Source: an uncultured delta proteobacterium (GTDB lineage Bacteria > Desulfobacterota > RBG-13-43-22). Taken from it: DNA of 64,000 nt. The notes under the pieces are model-generated. The model saw nothing but the letters and a program-made list of their open reading frames with translations. It had not been told where the DNA came from and ran no database searches. Positions 1 to 10,076 of the stretch are shown here, piece after piece. The position numbers and the translations under genes are program-made. Within the stretch, counting starts at the first letter, position 1, and each line of letters starts with the position of its first letter. Location: positions 1 through 64,000 of the forward strand of contig CAVUPH010000022.1 in the NCBI GenBank assembly GCA_963743305.1, read 5' to 3'.

Positions 1-576
1 CAAAGAGACGCCCCCGAAGAGGCCCTTGGATCGGGAGAAGCTGAGGATGTCGGCGCTGAGATTGGCGGTTTCGGCCGCCACCCCGCCCCCGACCGGTCCG
101 ACGGCTATGCCGGCATCGGCGCCGAGTTTAAAATTGCTGCTCATAAATGCTTTTACCCCGCGGTCGGTCATAATGAGCAAGACGACCTCCGAGGCTTCCC
201 CGCCGGCCTGGAGACCGAAGCTGGCTCCCCCCAGAGTAAAGAAGGCCGGTCCCATCCACTTCCCGGAATGCTTGTCCCGGATCAATAAAACCCCGTTACC
301 GCCGGAAGCACCGACCACAAAAGCCCCCTTCAGGAGGGAGGGGGTAATGTAAACGCCCTGGGCCTTCTTAATCAGGTTTTTAAATTCCTTGTTGCTGGGA
401 TCGGTCATGAAACCTTCCAGGGTTAGCCGGCTGGTTTCCACTACTTTTTTGGCTTCAAGGGCCGGGGCTGCGGCAAAAGAACTGGAAATATTTACCAATA
501 TCCCCACAGAAAATAGAAACACTCCCCAAAACAATAAAACCATGGCCGTTCTGCTCAGACGTTTCTTCTGTTCCAT
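1..576 (-). CDS. Lipid-binding SYLF/Ysc84 domain protein (runs off window edge)
   Basis: Manual translation from ATG at 576: MEQKKRLSRTAMVLLFWG...KGAFVVGASGGNGVLL...WMGPAFFTLGGASFGLQAGG...LGADAGIAVGPVG...DILSFSRSKGLFGGVSL, the typical SYLF motif pattern with a signal peptide. Not in the ORF track because the stop lies outside the window. Confidence 0.85.
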   Translation of the reverse strand, partial: MEQKKRLSRTAMVLLFWGVFLFSVGILVNISSSFAAAPALEAKKVVETSRLTLEGFMTDPSNKEFKNLIKKAQGVYITPSLLKGAFVVGASGGNGVLLIRDKHSGKWMGPAFFTLGGASFGLQAGGEASEVVLLIMTDRGVKAFMSSNFKLGADAGIAVGPVGGGVAAETANLSADILSFSRSKGLFGGVSL

Positions 577-781
577 AATTCCCCCTTTATTTATTTCCAG
601 TTGTAGGTTATTTCTATAGATTAATAATTTAATTCAGAATAAAAGATTGTCAATCGGGTGGTGTCTTAATTTCCGGTGGAAAGCCTTTTCGCCGAGACCC
701 GGAAGCCATACCCGATAGGTGGGTGCCCGCCCAAACGGGGCGAAGCGTCTAATTTCCTAAAAGGGAACGGGAAGATCCAAA

Positions 782-2158
782 ATGCCCATTTCTTTAAACT
801 CCACCTTGAATACCACCCTTAGCGGAAACACCTTCCTCGGCATCTGGAAAAACGCCTGGCCCATGCTGCTGATCATGGTCTTTAATTTCCTGGTCGGCCT
901 GACGGATGTCTACGTGGCCGGAATGATCAGTTCCCAGGTCCAGGGGGCCATCGGGTTTATCGCCCAGCTTTATTTTCTATTGGTCATCCTGGCCAATGCC
1001 ATCGGCATTGGAACGGTCTCTCTGGTATCCCAGGCCAGCGGGGCCCAACAAACCACGGAAGTGATCCATCTGTCCCGGCAATCCCTGATTTTCGGAATCC
1101 TGATCGCCCTCCTGCTCAGCCTGGGCGGGATTTTCGCCCCGCAATGGATCGTCCGGGGGAGCGGCTTTCCGCAGGAGATTCAGGAGATCGCCGCCACATT
1201 CCTGCGGATTTTTGCCTTCGCCCTGGGCCCCAACTATTTTCTGATCATCTCCGGGGCCATCTTTCGGGCCCGGGGGGAACCGCAGAAGCCGCTCCTGGTG
1301 ATGGCCATGGTTAGTGGTTTGAACATCCTGCTGGAGTTCGGGCTGGTCTTCGGCTACGGGCCCTTGCCCCGGATGGGGTACCCGGGTATCGCCCTGGCCA
1401 CGGCGATTTCCTTTTTTGCCGGGACCGTCCTGACCTTTTTCCTTTTGATGGGGCCGTCCTGGCGGCCGGTCCTGCGTCCTCCTTTTCGCCTGGATTGGAC
1501 CTTTGTCCGGGTCCTCTTTTATCGAAGCTGGCCCGCGGCCCTGCTGCAGTTGGCCTGGAATGCCGGGAGTGTGGTCTTATACAACTTCCTGGGTCGAATG
1601 GGCGCCGGCAGCATTCCCGCCCTGGCGGCTTACTCCAACGGCCTGCGGCTGGAAGCGATCATTTACCTTCCGGCCTTTGCCCTGCACATGGCCGCCTCGG
1701 TTATGGTGGGTCAAAATCTGGGAGCCGGGTTGGTGGCTCGGGCGTCCCGGCTGGCTTGGCAGATGGCCGGAATCGGGGCCGTGGTATTAGGGGTCCTGGC
1801 GGCGGTGATCTACTTTTTGTCCGAAAACCTGGCCGGCTTCCTGACAACCGACCCCCTGGTTTTCCAGGAAACCGTTCGTTATCTGAAGATCAATATGTTT
1901 GCTGAACCCCTGATGGCCATCAGCCTGGCCCTGTCGGGAAGTCTGATGGGGGCGGGAGACACCCGGGGACCCCTTTATGTTATTTCAGCGGCCATGGGGC
2001 TGGTGCGCCTCCCCCTGGCCTGGTTGCTGGCCTTCCCCCTGGCCCTGGGGCCCACCGGGATCTGGCTGGCCATGACCCTGTCCATGTTCGCCCAGGGGAT
2101 ACTCATGGCCTGGCGGTTTAAATCCGGAAAGTGGATCACGGCCGGGAAGGACCTTTAG
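782..2158 (+). CDS. MATE family efflux transporter
   Basis: 458 aa, about 12 TM segments, duplicated MatE repeats (GTVSLVSQASGA / SVMVGQNLGAG, GAGDTRGP). Confidence 0.9.
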   Translation: MPISLNSTLNTTLSGNTFLGIWKNAWPMLLIMVFNFLVGLTDVYVAGMISSQVQGAIGFIAQLYFLLVILANAIGIGTVSLVSQASGAQQTTEVIHLSRQSLIFGILIALLLSLGGIFAPQWIVRGSGFPQEIQEIAATFLRIFAFALGPNYFLIISGAIFRARGEPQKPLLVMAMVSGLNILLEFGLVFGYGPLPRMGYPGIALATAISFFAGTVLTFFLLMGPSWRPVLRPPFRLDWTFVRVLFYRSWPAALLQLAWNAGSVVLYNFLGRMGAGSIPALAAYSNGLRLEAIIYLPAFALHMAASVMVGQNLGAGLVARASRLAWQMAGIGAVVLGVLAAVIYFLSENLAGFLTTDPLVFQETVRYLKINMFAEPLMAISLALSGSLMGAGDTRGPLYVISAAMGLVRLPLAWLLAFPLALGPTGIWLAMTLSMFAQGILMAWRFKSGKWITAGKDL

Positions 2159-2231
2159 TTGCATGCGTCTTAATATGAGAATAGAAACGAATATCCAATA
2201 TCGAACTCCGAATCTCGAAGGACGAAGTGGC

Positions 2232-2269
2232 TTTTCGTAGGGCCGCCGGGGTCGCCGGCCCTACGAAAA
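2232..2269. repeat. GTAG-type REP-like palindrome
   Basis: Perfect 14-bp inverted repeat TTTTCGTAGGGCCG...CGGCCCTACGAAAA between the MATE and SBP genes. Confidence 0.6.
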
Positions 2270-2332
2270 ACGAAACAGGTATGAAGGGTCAAAATCCGAA
2301 GGATCAAAAAAAATCATTAAAAGGAGGAGGGT

Positions 2333-3589
2333 ATGACAAAAAGAAGGTGGATGTTGGGGATGGTTTTAGGCTGTCTTGGTCTCCTGTTGGCTTTGGGGCC
2401 GGCGCTGGCCGCGGAGAAGCCGATCAAAATCGGTGTGGTTTTCATCATGTCCGGTCCCATGGGCGGCTACGGGAAACACGGTCGGCAGGCCGTCCAGCTG
2501 GCCCTGGATGAGATCAACGCCCAGGGAGGGGTGCTGGGCCGGAAAGTGGAGGCCCTCTTCGAGGATGACCTGATGAAGGTGGAAAAAGGGGCGCAGATCG
2601 TTAAGAAATTCATCACCGAGGATCAGGTGGACTTCATTATCGGACCGACCTCCAGCGGCGTGGCCCTGGCTCTGGCCCCCCTGGTCCAGGAACATAAAAA
2701 AATTCTGGTGCTGACCCAGTCGGCGGCCAATTCCCTGACCGATGCCCAGTTCAATCCTTATCTGTTCAGCACCCTGAGCAACGCCATGATGCATTCTCGG
2801 GCCGGGGCTTATTTTCTGGCCGGCAAACCGTATAAACGGTGGATGAACATCGGCCCGGACTACAGTTACGGAAAAGAATCCTGGAATTCTTTTATCGGGA
2901 AACTGAAGGAATTGAAGCCGGAGGTGGAAGTGGTGGGGGAACTGTGGCCCAAACTTATGGAAAAGGATTTTACCCCCTTTATCCAGAAGATCATCGAAGC
3001 CAAACCGGATGCCGTCTGGGCCTCCATCTGGGGCAACGATGCCGTGAATTTCATCAAGCAGGCCCTGCCCACCGGGTTGTTTAATACGGTCAAGTTCGCC
3101 TTTACCGACGGGGCGGCCCTGGAGACCCTCATCCCTCTTGGGAAAAGCATGCCGGACGGCCTGTTTGTCGCCGCCCGCTATTTCTTTCTGACGCCCGATT
3201 CGCCTCTGAATCGGAGTTTCGTAAGAACATACTTCGAACGCTTCAAAGAATTTCCGGATTACATGGCCGAGGAAACCTATGCCGGCGTCTATTTTCTGAA
3301 GGCGGCCATGGAACGGGCCGGGACCACGGAGACCGAGAAGGTCATCGCGGCGATTGAAAAGGAACCCCTGGCCTGGGAAACCCCCGAAGGCTGGAAGATC
3401 ATGCGGAAAGAGGACCACGCCGTAGTGGAAGACGTGGTCTGGGGAGAGACGGCTTTCAGCGAAAAATATGGTTTTGCCGTTTTGAAAAACCTCCAGGCCA
3501 TCCAGGCCGAGCAGATCTGCCGGACCCCGGAGGAACTGAAGGCCGTTCGGGTCAACTATGAAAAGCGCATGAAGGAAGGCAAGAAGTAA
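2333..3589 (+). CDS. ABC transporter substrate-binding protein (LivJ/branched-chain amino acid type)
   Basis: Signal peptide, then KPIKIGVV..SGP, EINAQGGVLGRKVE, VDFIIGPTSSGVALA, GPDYSYG. No cognate permease adjacent. Confidence 0.85.
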   Translation: MTKRRWMLGMVLGCLGLLLALGPALAAEKPIKIGVVFIMSGPMGGYGKHGRQAVQLALDEINAQGGVLGRKVEALFEDDLMKVEKGAQIVKKFITEDQVDFIIGPTSSGVALALAPLVQEHKKILVLTQSAANSLTDAQFNPYLFSTLSNAMMHSRAGAYFLAGKPYKRWMNIGPDYSYGKESWNSFIGKLKELKPEVEVVGELWPKLMEKDFTPFIQKIIEAKPDAVWASIWGNDAVNFIKQALPTGLFNTVKFAFTDGAALETLIPLGKSMPDGLFVAARYFFLTPDSPLNRSFVRTYFERFKEFPDYMAEETYAGVYFLKAAMERAGTTETEKVIAAIEKEPLAWETPEGWKIMRKEDHAVVEDVVWGETAFSEKYGFAVLKNLQAIQAEQICRTPEELKAVRVNYEKRMKEGKK

Positions 3590-3608
3590 GGCGCCCTTCT
3601 AAACCCCG

Positions 3609-3638
3609 GCGAGGGGGCGGCCCTGACCGTCCCCTCGC
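3609..3638 (+). terminator. GC-rich hairpin after the SBP gene
   Basis: GCGAGGGGGCGG-ccctga-CCGTCCCCTCGC, 20 bp after the stop; U-tract is weak. Confidence 0.45.
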
Positions 3639-3875
3639 TCCAGCAGGGCTTATTTTACTCCAGCAAAAAAAGCCGTTCTCCCGGCCAATTTTTTGAGGCC
3701 GAGTAAAAAAAACTTCACCCCGGAACCCTCCCTCTCTATTCAGCCATCAGCCGACCGCAAGCCACCTCTTTCCATCCTGGTATTCCTATGATTTCCGAAT
3801 CTCGGGAGGTAATTGCAATAAGATCCGCTAAATGATATTTATAAAAAAAACCTACCAGGGGAGGGAGGTATTTTC

Positions 3876-5222
3876 ATGTACCGAAGCCGCATTGTTCTGG
3901 CCATCATGGCTTTCCTGCTGTTTATCCCGGCGCTGAACGGGTACGGCGCCGAGCGACAGGTCGGCCTGGCCGAGGCCATCACGATGGCCCTGAAGGATTA
4001 TCACGAGATGCGGGCCATGAAAAATTCGGTCTTTGCCCAAAAGGAGGAGGTTGAGGTAGCCAGAAGCTTTCTTCTGCCGCGTCTCAGTTTTGAGGAACGG
4101 GCCCTACGCACCAACAACCCCACCATGGTTTTTTCGTCTAAACTGAATGAGGGGCGATTTTCAGCGGAGGATTTGAACGTCAACGCCCTCAATAATCCCG
4201 GGCCGACCAGCGATTTTCAGACGCTGGTCACCTTTGAGCAGCCCATTTTTCAGCGGAAGGCCTTCGTGGGACTGGATATGGCCCAAAAGGAATATGCCGC
4301 GCTCCAGGAAGACTACCTCCGGAAAAGTGAAGCCACGGCCTTGACGGTGGCCCAAACGTACCTGCAGGTGCGCACGGCCAAGGAAACCCTCACGGTTGCC
4401 CGGCAGGCGGTCGAGGATGCCCGGGAGCATCTGAGGATAGCGGATCTGCGGTTTAATAATGGCCTCGGACTTTACTCGGACGCCCTCCGGGGAAGGACCC
4501 GGGTCACCGAGGCCGAACAAAGGGTCGTCAGCGCCAATAAGAATTTTGTCCTGGCCAAGCGGTCGCTGGGATTGCTGCTGGGCCTGGAAGACCCGGTGGA
4601 TATCCTGGAGGAGATCCCGGATTTCGCGGTCCAGGACATGGCCTATTACACCGCCGCTGCCCAGGCTCGGCGAGACCTGAAGGCCCTGAAGATCCGCTGG
4701 GAAAACGCCCGGAACGGGATAAAGCTGGCGGATTCGGGGTACTTTCCCACGTTGAGTGTCGGCGGGGCCTATCAGCTCAACGATCCCCAGCAGGCCTTCG
4801 GTTCCTCCGGTGAGAGCTGGCAGCTCATGGCCACCCTGCGCTGGGATCTTTTTGACGGGGCCAACCGAGAGTCTAAGCGTAAAAAGGCGCACTTCCAGGC
4901 GGCGGAAACCGCGGAGCAGTTGAACGGGCTGAAGCGATTTATCGCTTTCAAAATCACCGAGGCCTATCTGGCTGTGGACGAGGCGGGAAAGAATACCGAG
5001 TTGTCCCGGTCGACCGTGGAGACCGCTGAAGAGGGGAGGAGGCTGGTAAGTGCCCGGTTCGAAAATTCGCTCGCTCCCCTGGTCGATCTGCTCGACGTGC
5101 AGTTGAGCCTGGACCAGGCCCGGGCGAATCTGGTGCTGCGGGAAAACGAATTTCGGCTGGCCGTCATCCGGCTGAGCTATGAGAGCGGGACCATCATCCA
5201 GGATTTGAACCTGGAACGGTAG
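3876..5222 (+). CDS. TolC family outer membrane efflux protein
   Basis: Signal peptide and two OEP repeats (ARSFLLPRLSF; ADSGYFPTLSV; LRWDLFDG; LVDLLDVQ). Confidence 0.9.
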   Translation: MYRSRIVLAIMAFLLFIPALNGYGAERQVGLAEAITMALKDYHEMRAMKNSVFAQKEEVEVARSFLLPRLSFEERALRTNNPTMVFSSKLNEGRFSAEDLNVNALNNPGPTSDFQTLVTFEQPIFQRKAFVGLDMAQKEYAALQEDYLRKSEATALTVAQTYLQVRTAKETLTVARQAVEDAREHLRIADLRFNNGLGLYSDALRGRTRVTEAEQRVVSANKNFVLAKRSLGLLLGLEDPVDILEEIPDFAVQDMAYYTAAAQARRDLKALKIRWENARNGIKLADSGYFPTLSVGGAYQLNDPQQAFGSSGESWQLMATLRWDLFDGANRESKRKKAHFQAAETAEQLNGLKRFIAFKITEAYLAVDEAGKNTELSRSTVETAEEGRRLVSARFENSLAPLVDLLDVQLSLDQARANLVLRENEFRLAVIRLSYESGTIIQDLNLER

Positions 5223-5236
5223 GAGGGGGAATTCTT

Positions 5237-6343
5237 ATGGAGAAACTGTTTTCAGCCGTCACCGCCGTCATGGTGTTTCTTCTGGTCGGATGTCAAGAGA
5301 AAGTCGGGCCGGGTGCGGTGGATTTGAAGCGACCGGAAGTCCGGGGCGTGACCCTGGCCACCGTCGGAGCCTCTTCGGTCGATTCGTACTACGAGACCTC
5401 CGGGACGGTTAAAGCCAAGACGACGAGTGTTATTGCCAGCCGAACCATGGGAACGGTAACGTCGGTGAAAGTGCAGGGGGGGGCCAGGGTCAAGGCCGGA
5501 GATCTTCTGCTGGTACTCGATGACCGCGAGGCGGTTCAGCGAGTAGCCGCCGCCGAGGCCGGTGTGCGGGAGGCGCAAATGGCCCTCGAGTCTGCCGCCC
5601 AGGATAAATCCCTGGCCGAAATCACCCGGGAGCGCTACAGAAATCTTTACCAGGAGAAGGCCGTTACCCGGCAGGAGATGGACCAGATTGAGGCCCGGGG
5701 AAAGGTGGCCGGCCTTCATTACGAGCGGGCCGGGGAAGCGCTGAGCCGGGCCAGGGCCTTGCTCGCGGAGGCCCGGGTCCAGGAAGGATTTACGCGGATA
5801 CGCGCGGCAGCGGCTGGGGTGGTTACCGAAAAACGGATCGAAGAAGGGAGCCTGGCCGCACCGGGCACTCCCCTGATGACGGTCGAGGACACCTCCGGCT
5901 TCAGGCTGGAGGCCTACGTGGATGAAAGGCTTTCGGGACGGGTGAAGGTGGGGACTCCGGTAGTGATTGTTTTCGAGTCTCCGGCCCGCCGGATACCGGG
6001 GACTGTCGCCGAGGTTTATCCGGCCGTCGACCCGACCACCAGGACCTTCTTAATCAAAATCGGGCTGAGTGCCCCGTCGCTAAAATCAGGTCTTTTCGGG
6101 AGAGTGCTTATCCTGGAGGGCCGCAAAGAGATCCTCCTGATTCCCCAGGGGGCGGTGGTGGAAAAAGGGCAACTGACCGGAGTCTATGCGGTCGATGATC
6201 GCGGGATCATGACCTATCGACTCATTAAGCGCGGCAGACCCTACGGGGAAAAGGTGGAAGTACTTTCCGGCCTGAAGACGGGTGAGCGCATCGCCGTTGA
6301 GGGAGTGGAAAAAGCGATCGATGGCGGCCGGGTCAAGCAGTAA
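5237..6343 (+). CDS. RND efflux periplasmic adaptor (MFP), lipoprotein
   Basis: Lipobox LLVGC, lipoyl-like halves (GTVTSVKV..G..VKAGDLL; IRAAAAGVV), VDPTTRTF, VEVLSGLKTGE. Confidence 0.9.
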   Translation: MEKLFSAVTAVMVFLLVGCQEKVGPGAVDLKRPEVRGVTLATVGASSVDSYYETSGTVKAKTTSVIASRTMGTVTSVKVQGGARVKAGDLLLVLDDREAVQRVAAAEAGVREAQMALESAAQDKSLAEITRERYRNLYQEKAVTRQEMDQIEARGKVAGLHYERAGEALSRARALLAEARVQEGFTRIRAAAAGVVTEKRIEEGSLAAPGTPLMTVEDTSGFRLEAYVDERLSGRVKVGTPVVIVFESPARRIPGTVAEVYPAVDPTTRTFLIKIGLSAPSLKSGLFGRVLILEGRKEILLIPQGAVVEKGQLTGVYAVDDRGIMTYRLIKRGRPYGEKVEVLSGLKTGERIAVEGVEKAIDGGRVKQ

Positions 6344-6375
6344 AAACGGCCGATTTTTGCTGAAACGGGGGTTCT

Positions 6376-9300
6376 ATGGAAATTCTTGGTCCTGCGGGTA
6401 AGATTGCCAAGGCCTTTATCCAATCGAAGCTTACCCCACTCATCGTGGTGGCCTCGATCCTGCTCGGCGTTTTTGCCGTGGTCGTTACACCCCGGGAAGA
6501 AGAGCCGCAGATCGTGGTGCCGATGATCGATGTTCTGGTCTCCTATCCGGGCGCCTCGGCCCAGGAGGTGGACGAACGGGTGACCAAACCCATGTCAAAA
6601 TTCCTCTGGGAGATCAAGGGCGTCGAGTACATCTATTCTATCTCCAAACCCGGCATGAGCCTGGCCATCGTGCGTTTCTATGTCGGGCAGGACATGGAAA
6701 AAAGCCTGGTCGATCTCTATAACAAGCTGATGTCCAATTACGACAAGATCCCTCCGGGTGTTTCCCGGCCGCTGGTGAAACCGAAGTCTATCGATGATGT
6801 GCCCATCACCGCTTTCACCCTCTGGAGTTCCCGGTACAGCGGGTACGAGCTCCGGCGGGTGGCCCTGGAAGTGTGCAATGAGCTCAAGAAGGATGCGGAC
6901 GTCGCCGAGTTCCAGGTTATCGGCGGCCAAAAGCGGCAGCTTAAAATCTCCATCGACCCCTTGCGCCTCCGGGCCTACTCCCTGGCGCCCCTCCAAATTG
7001 CCGCGGCCGTCGGAAACAGCCAATGTGGCCCTGCCTTCGGGAAATTTTGCGAACCAGAATACCGAATTCATTGTTCAAACCGGGGCACTGCTTAAGAATG
7101 CGGACGAGGTGGGCAATCTGGTGATAGCGGTAAAAGACGGAAGGCCCGTCTACCTGAAGGACGTGGCCCGAATCAGTGACGGTCCGGAAGAACCCTCCAA
7201 TTATGTGTTCATGGGTTTCGGGCCGGCAGGCCGCAAGGACCGGACCGGCCTTTACGAAGCGGTCACCATTTCCATGGCCAAGAAGAAGGGGACCAACGCC
7301 ACCCATATCGCCGAAAGAGCCCTGAAAAAGATTGAAGCCCTGAAGGGCCGGGTGATCCCTTCCGGCGTAGAGGTAACCATCACCCGCAATTACGGCGAGA
7401 CGGCCAAAGATAAATCGGATGAACTCCTCAAGCATATGCTCCTGGCCGCGATCTCCGTAACCTTGCTGATCGCTCTGGCGCTGGGTTGGCGGGAATCGAT
7501 CGTCGTGGCGGTTGCGGTGCCGGTGACCCTGGCCCTGACCATCCTGGTCACTTATGCCTACGGGTATACCCTGAACCGGGTGACCCTCTTCGCCCTGATC
7601 TTCTCCATCGGCATTCTGGTGGATGACGCCATTGTGGTGGTCGAGAATATTCACCGTCACTTCAAAATGAGCCGGGTGGACCCGGAAATCGCCGTGTTTG
7701 CCGTCGATGAGGTCGGAAATCCGACCATTCTGGCCACCTTTGCCGTCATTGCCGCCCTCTTGCCCATGGCTTTCGTCTCCGGTCTCATGGGCCCCTACAT
7801 GAGACCCATTCCCGTCGGCGCCTCGGCCGCCATGGTGCTGTCTCTGCTCATCGCCTTCATTGTCAGCCCCTGGCTGAGTTATATCGTCCTGAGAAAAACC
7901 AAAGCCAAACCGGAGGGGGAAAAAAGCGAGGGCTGGTTGATCGGAAAATTCAACCGCATCTATGAGGGAAATATCCGGGGCCTGCTGAACAACAAAAAGA
8001 AGCGGCTTCGTTTCTATATCCTCATCGGGGCCCTGCTGCTGGGCGCTTTCCTCCTGGTGCCCTTGAAACTGACCCTGGTGAAGATGCTCCCCTTCGACAA
8101 CAAGAGTGAACTTCAGGTGGTGATTGATATGCCGGGGGACCCCAGCCTGGAGGAAACGGCCGCGGTGAGCCGGGGGATCAGCGAGTACCTCCGGACCGTG
8201 CCGGAAGTGAGCAATTACCAAACCTATGTGGGCACCGCGGCGCCCTTTAATTTCAACGGCCTGGTGCGTCACTATTTCCTGCGCAGCGGAGGAAATGTGG
8301 CGGATATCCAGGTCAATTTTGTCTCTAAGGACGAACGGCAGGCCCAGAGTCATGAAATCGCCAAAAGGATCCGGCCGGCCATTAAGGCCATCGGTGACCG
8401 CTACGGCGCCCGGGTGAAGATTGTGGAAATACCGCCCGGCCCTCCGGTCCTGAGCACCTTGGTAGCCGAGGTCTACGGTCCCGACTTCCAGAGACAGCGA
8501 GAAATCGCCGGGACCATTAAAACCATTTTCCAGCGGACGAAGGACGTGGTGGATGTGGACTGGTTGGTGGAGGATGATCAGAAGAAGCTCTTTTTCGACG
8601 TAGACCAGGAAAAGGCGGCCTACCATGGAATCGCCACCGAGACGGTGGCCCGGACGGTTCAGGCGGTTCTGAACGGAATGGTGGTCGGTCAGGGCCATAT
8701 CGCCAAAGATCAGGAACCGGTCGAACTGGTCCTGCAGGCCCCTTTGCCGGATCGAGCCGGTCTGGAACGACTCAAGGAGATCACCCTGACCTCGGCCGCC
8801 GGGGCGCCCGTATCCTTATCCGAACTGGTGAAGGTCCGGGAAACGCTGGAGGACAAGACCATCTATCGGAAAAACCTCAAGCGAGTGGTCTACGTCACCG
8901 GCGAGGTGGCGGGAAAGGAGGAAAGCCCGGTTTATCCCATATTGAAGATGAAGGAGGCCGTCAGTAAGCTTAAACTGCCCGAAGGTTATGAGCTGAAGCA
9001 GTATTCCTCGGTTCAGCCCTGGCTCGAAAACCAATATGCCCTCAAATGGGATGGAGAATGGCATATCACCTACGAGGTTTTTCGGGACCTGGGGATGGCC
9101 TTTGCCGCGGTCCTGATCATCATTTACGTCATGGTGGTGGGCTGGTTTAAATCCTTTCTGGCGCCCCTGGTCATCATGGCCCCCATCCCGCTGTCCCTGA
9201 TCGGGATCCTGCCCGGCCATGCTCTGATGGGGGCCTTCTTCACGGCCACCTCCATGATCGGGTTCATCGCCGGTGCCGGTATCGTGGTGCGGAATTCGAT

Positions 9301-9589
9301 TATCCTGGTGGATTTCATTGATCTCAAGCTGGCCGAGGGCACCGAATTAAAGGAAGCGGTGGTCCAGGCCGGTCTCATTCGCTTTCGACCCATGCTGCTG
9401 ACCGCTGCCGCCGTCGTCGTCGGGTCTTCGGTCATCCTTTTTGATCCCATTTTTCAGGGCATGGCCATCGCCCTCATGTCCGGTGAAGTGGCGGCCACCC
9501 TGCTCTCGCGAACCTTGGTGCCCGTGCTTTACTTTAAGTTGAAGGAGTGGGAACAAAAGAAAAAATTGAAAAAGATGGCCATGGAATGA
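6376..9589 (+). CDS. RND efflux permease (AcrB/CusA family), one frameshift near 7010
   Basis: ORFs 6376..7095 and 6794..9589 join at [16 protein letters not shown]; motifs [32 protein letters not shown]. Confidence 0.9.
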
Positions 9590-9598
9590 TCCTGTTGC

Positions 9599-10076
9599 CT
9601 AACCCCATTTCTCTGCCCTCGGGATTTCTTTTGGGGCTAAGGCGTCCAGCACCCGGCGGACGTCGGCCAGGCATCACCGGCCTTTGGGATTTTTGTGGGC
9701 GCAATCCACCGCCGGCCTTTTTCTCGGCCGCAATCTTTTCCAGGATCAGCGAACGCCCATTTGAAAAAAATCCTTTTCAATATCTTCGCGGGTATACCCG
9801 AAACAGTAACAGACCAGCTCATCCGGCCGGAACCCCGGTGGTTCATCGGTTCTTTCGGAGTGGAAAAATACCCGGCCTGTGACAGCCCTTGGACAATCCG
9901 ATCCATCCCGATCAGTTCCGGATCATATTTCACCCGGGCTTCCTTTTCCGGATAAAAGGCCTCCGCTTCGATGATCCCCGGCAGCCCTGCAGGGCGCCAA
10001 CCACCTTCGGCACTCAACTCATTCAGGTCATGCCTACGACGGTCAATCGGATCGTTTTAAATTTATCGTTTTCCAT
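9599..10076 (-). CDS. Candidate selenoprotein: HMA (CopZ-like, GMT-U-xx-U) domain fused to a Cys-rich Fe-S/Zn metallochaperone domain (...NPKGR-U-C); several indels
   Basis: ATG at 10076: [17 protein letters not shown][TGA 10025-10023]MS[TGA 10016-10014]VPKVVGALQG/LPGIIEAEAFYPEKEARVKYDPELIGMDRIVQGLSQAGY (full HMA fold), then DELVCYCFGYTREDIEKDF/NGRSLILEKIAAEKKAGG/DCAHKNPKGR[TGA 9676-9674]CLADVRRVLD...TAG 9599. SECIS-like hairpins follow the UGAs. Confidence 0.7.

Noticed and set aside
9747-9749. A further TGA in the VCYC reading frame as a possible fourth Sec
   Set aside because: It lies in a locally frameshifted stretch (correct frame NGRSLILEKI) and not at a Cys position.
9637-10017. 126-aa ORF as called in the track
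   Set aside because: Chimeric reading: only the middle (LPGIIEAE...AGY) is real, and the N- and C-terminal parts are wrong frames of the seleno-HMA gene.
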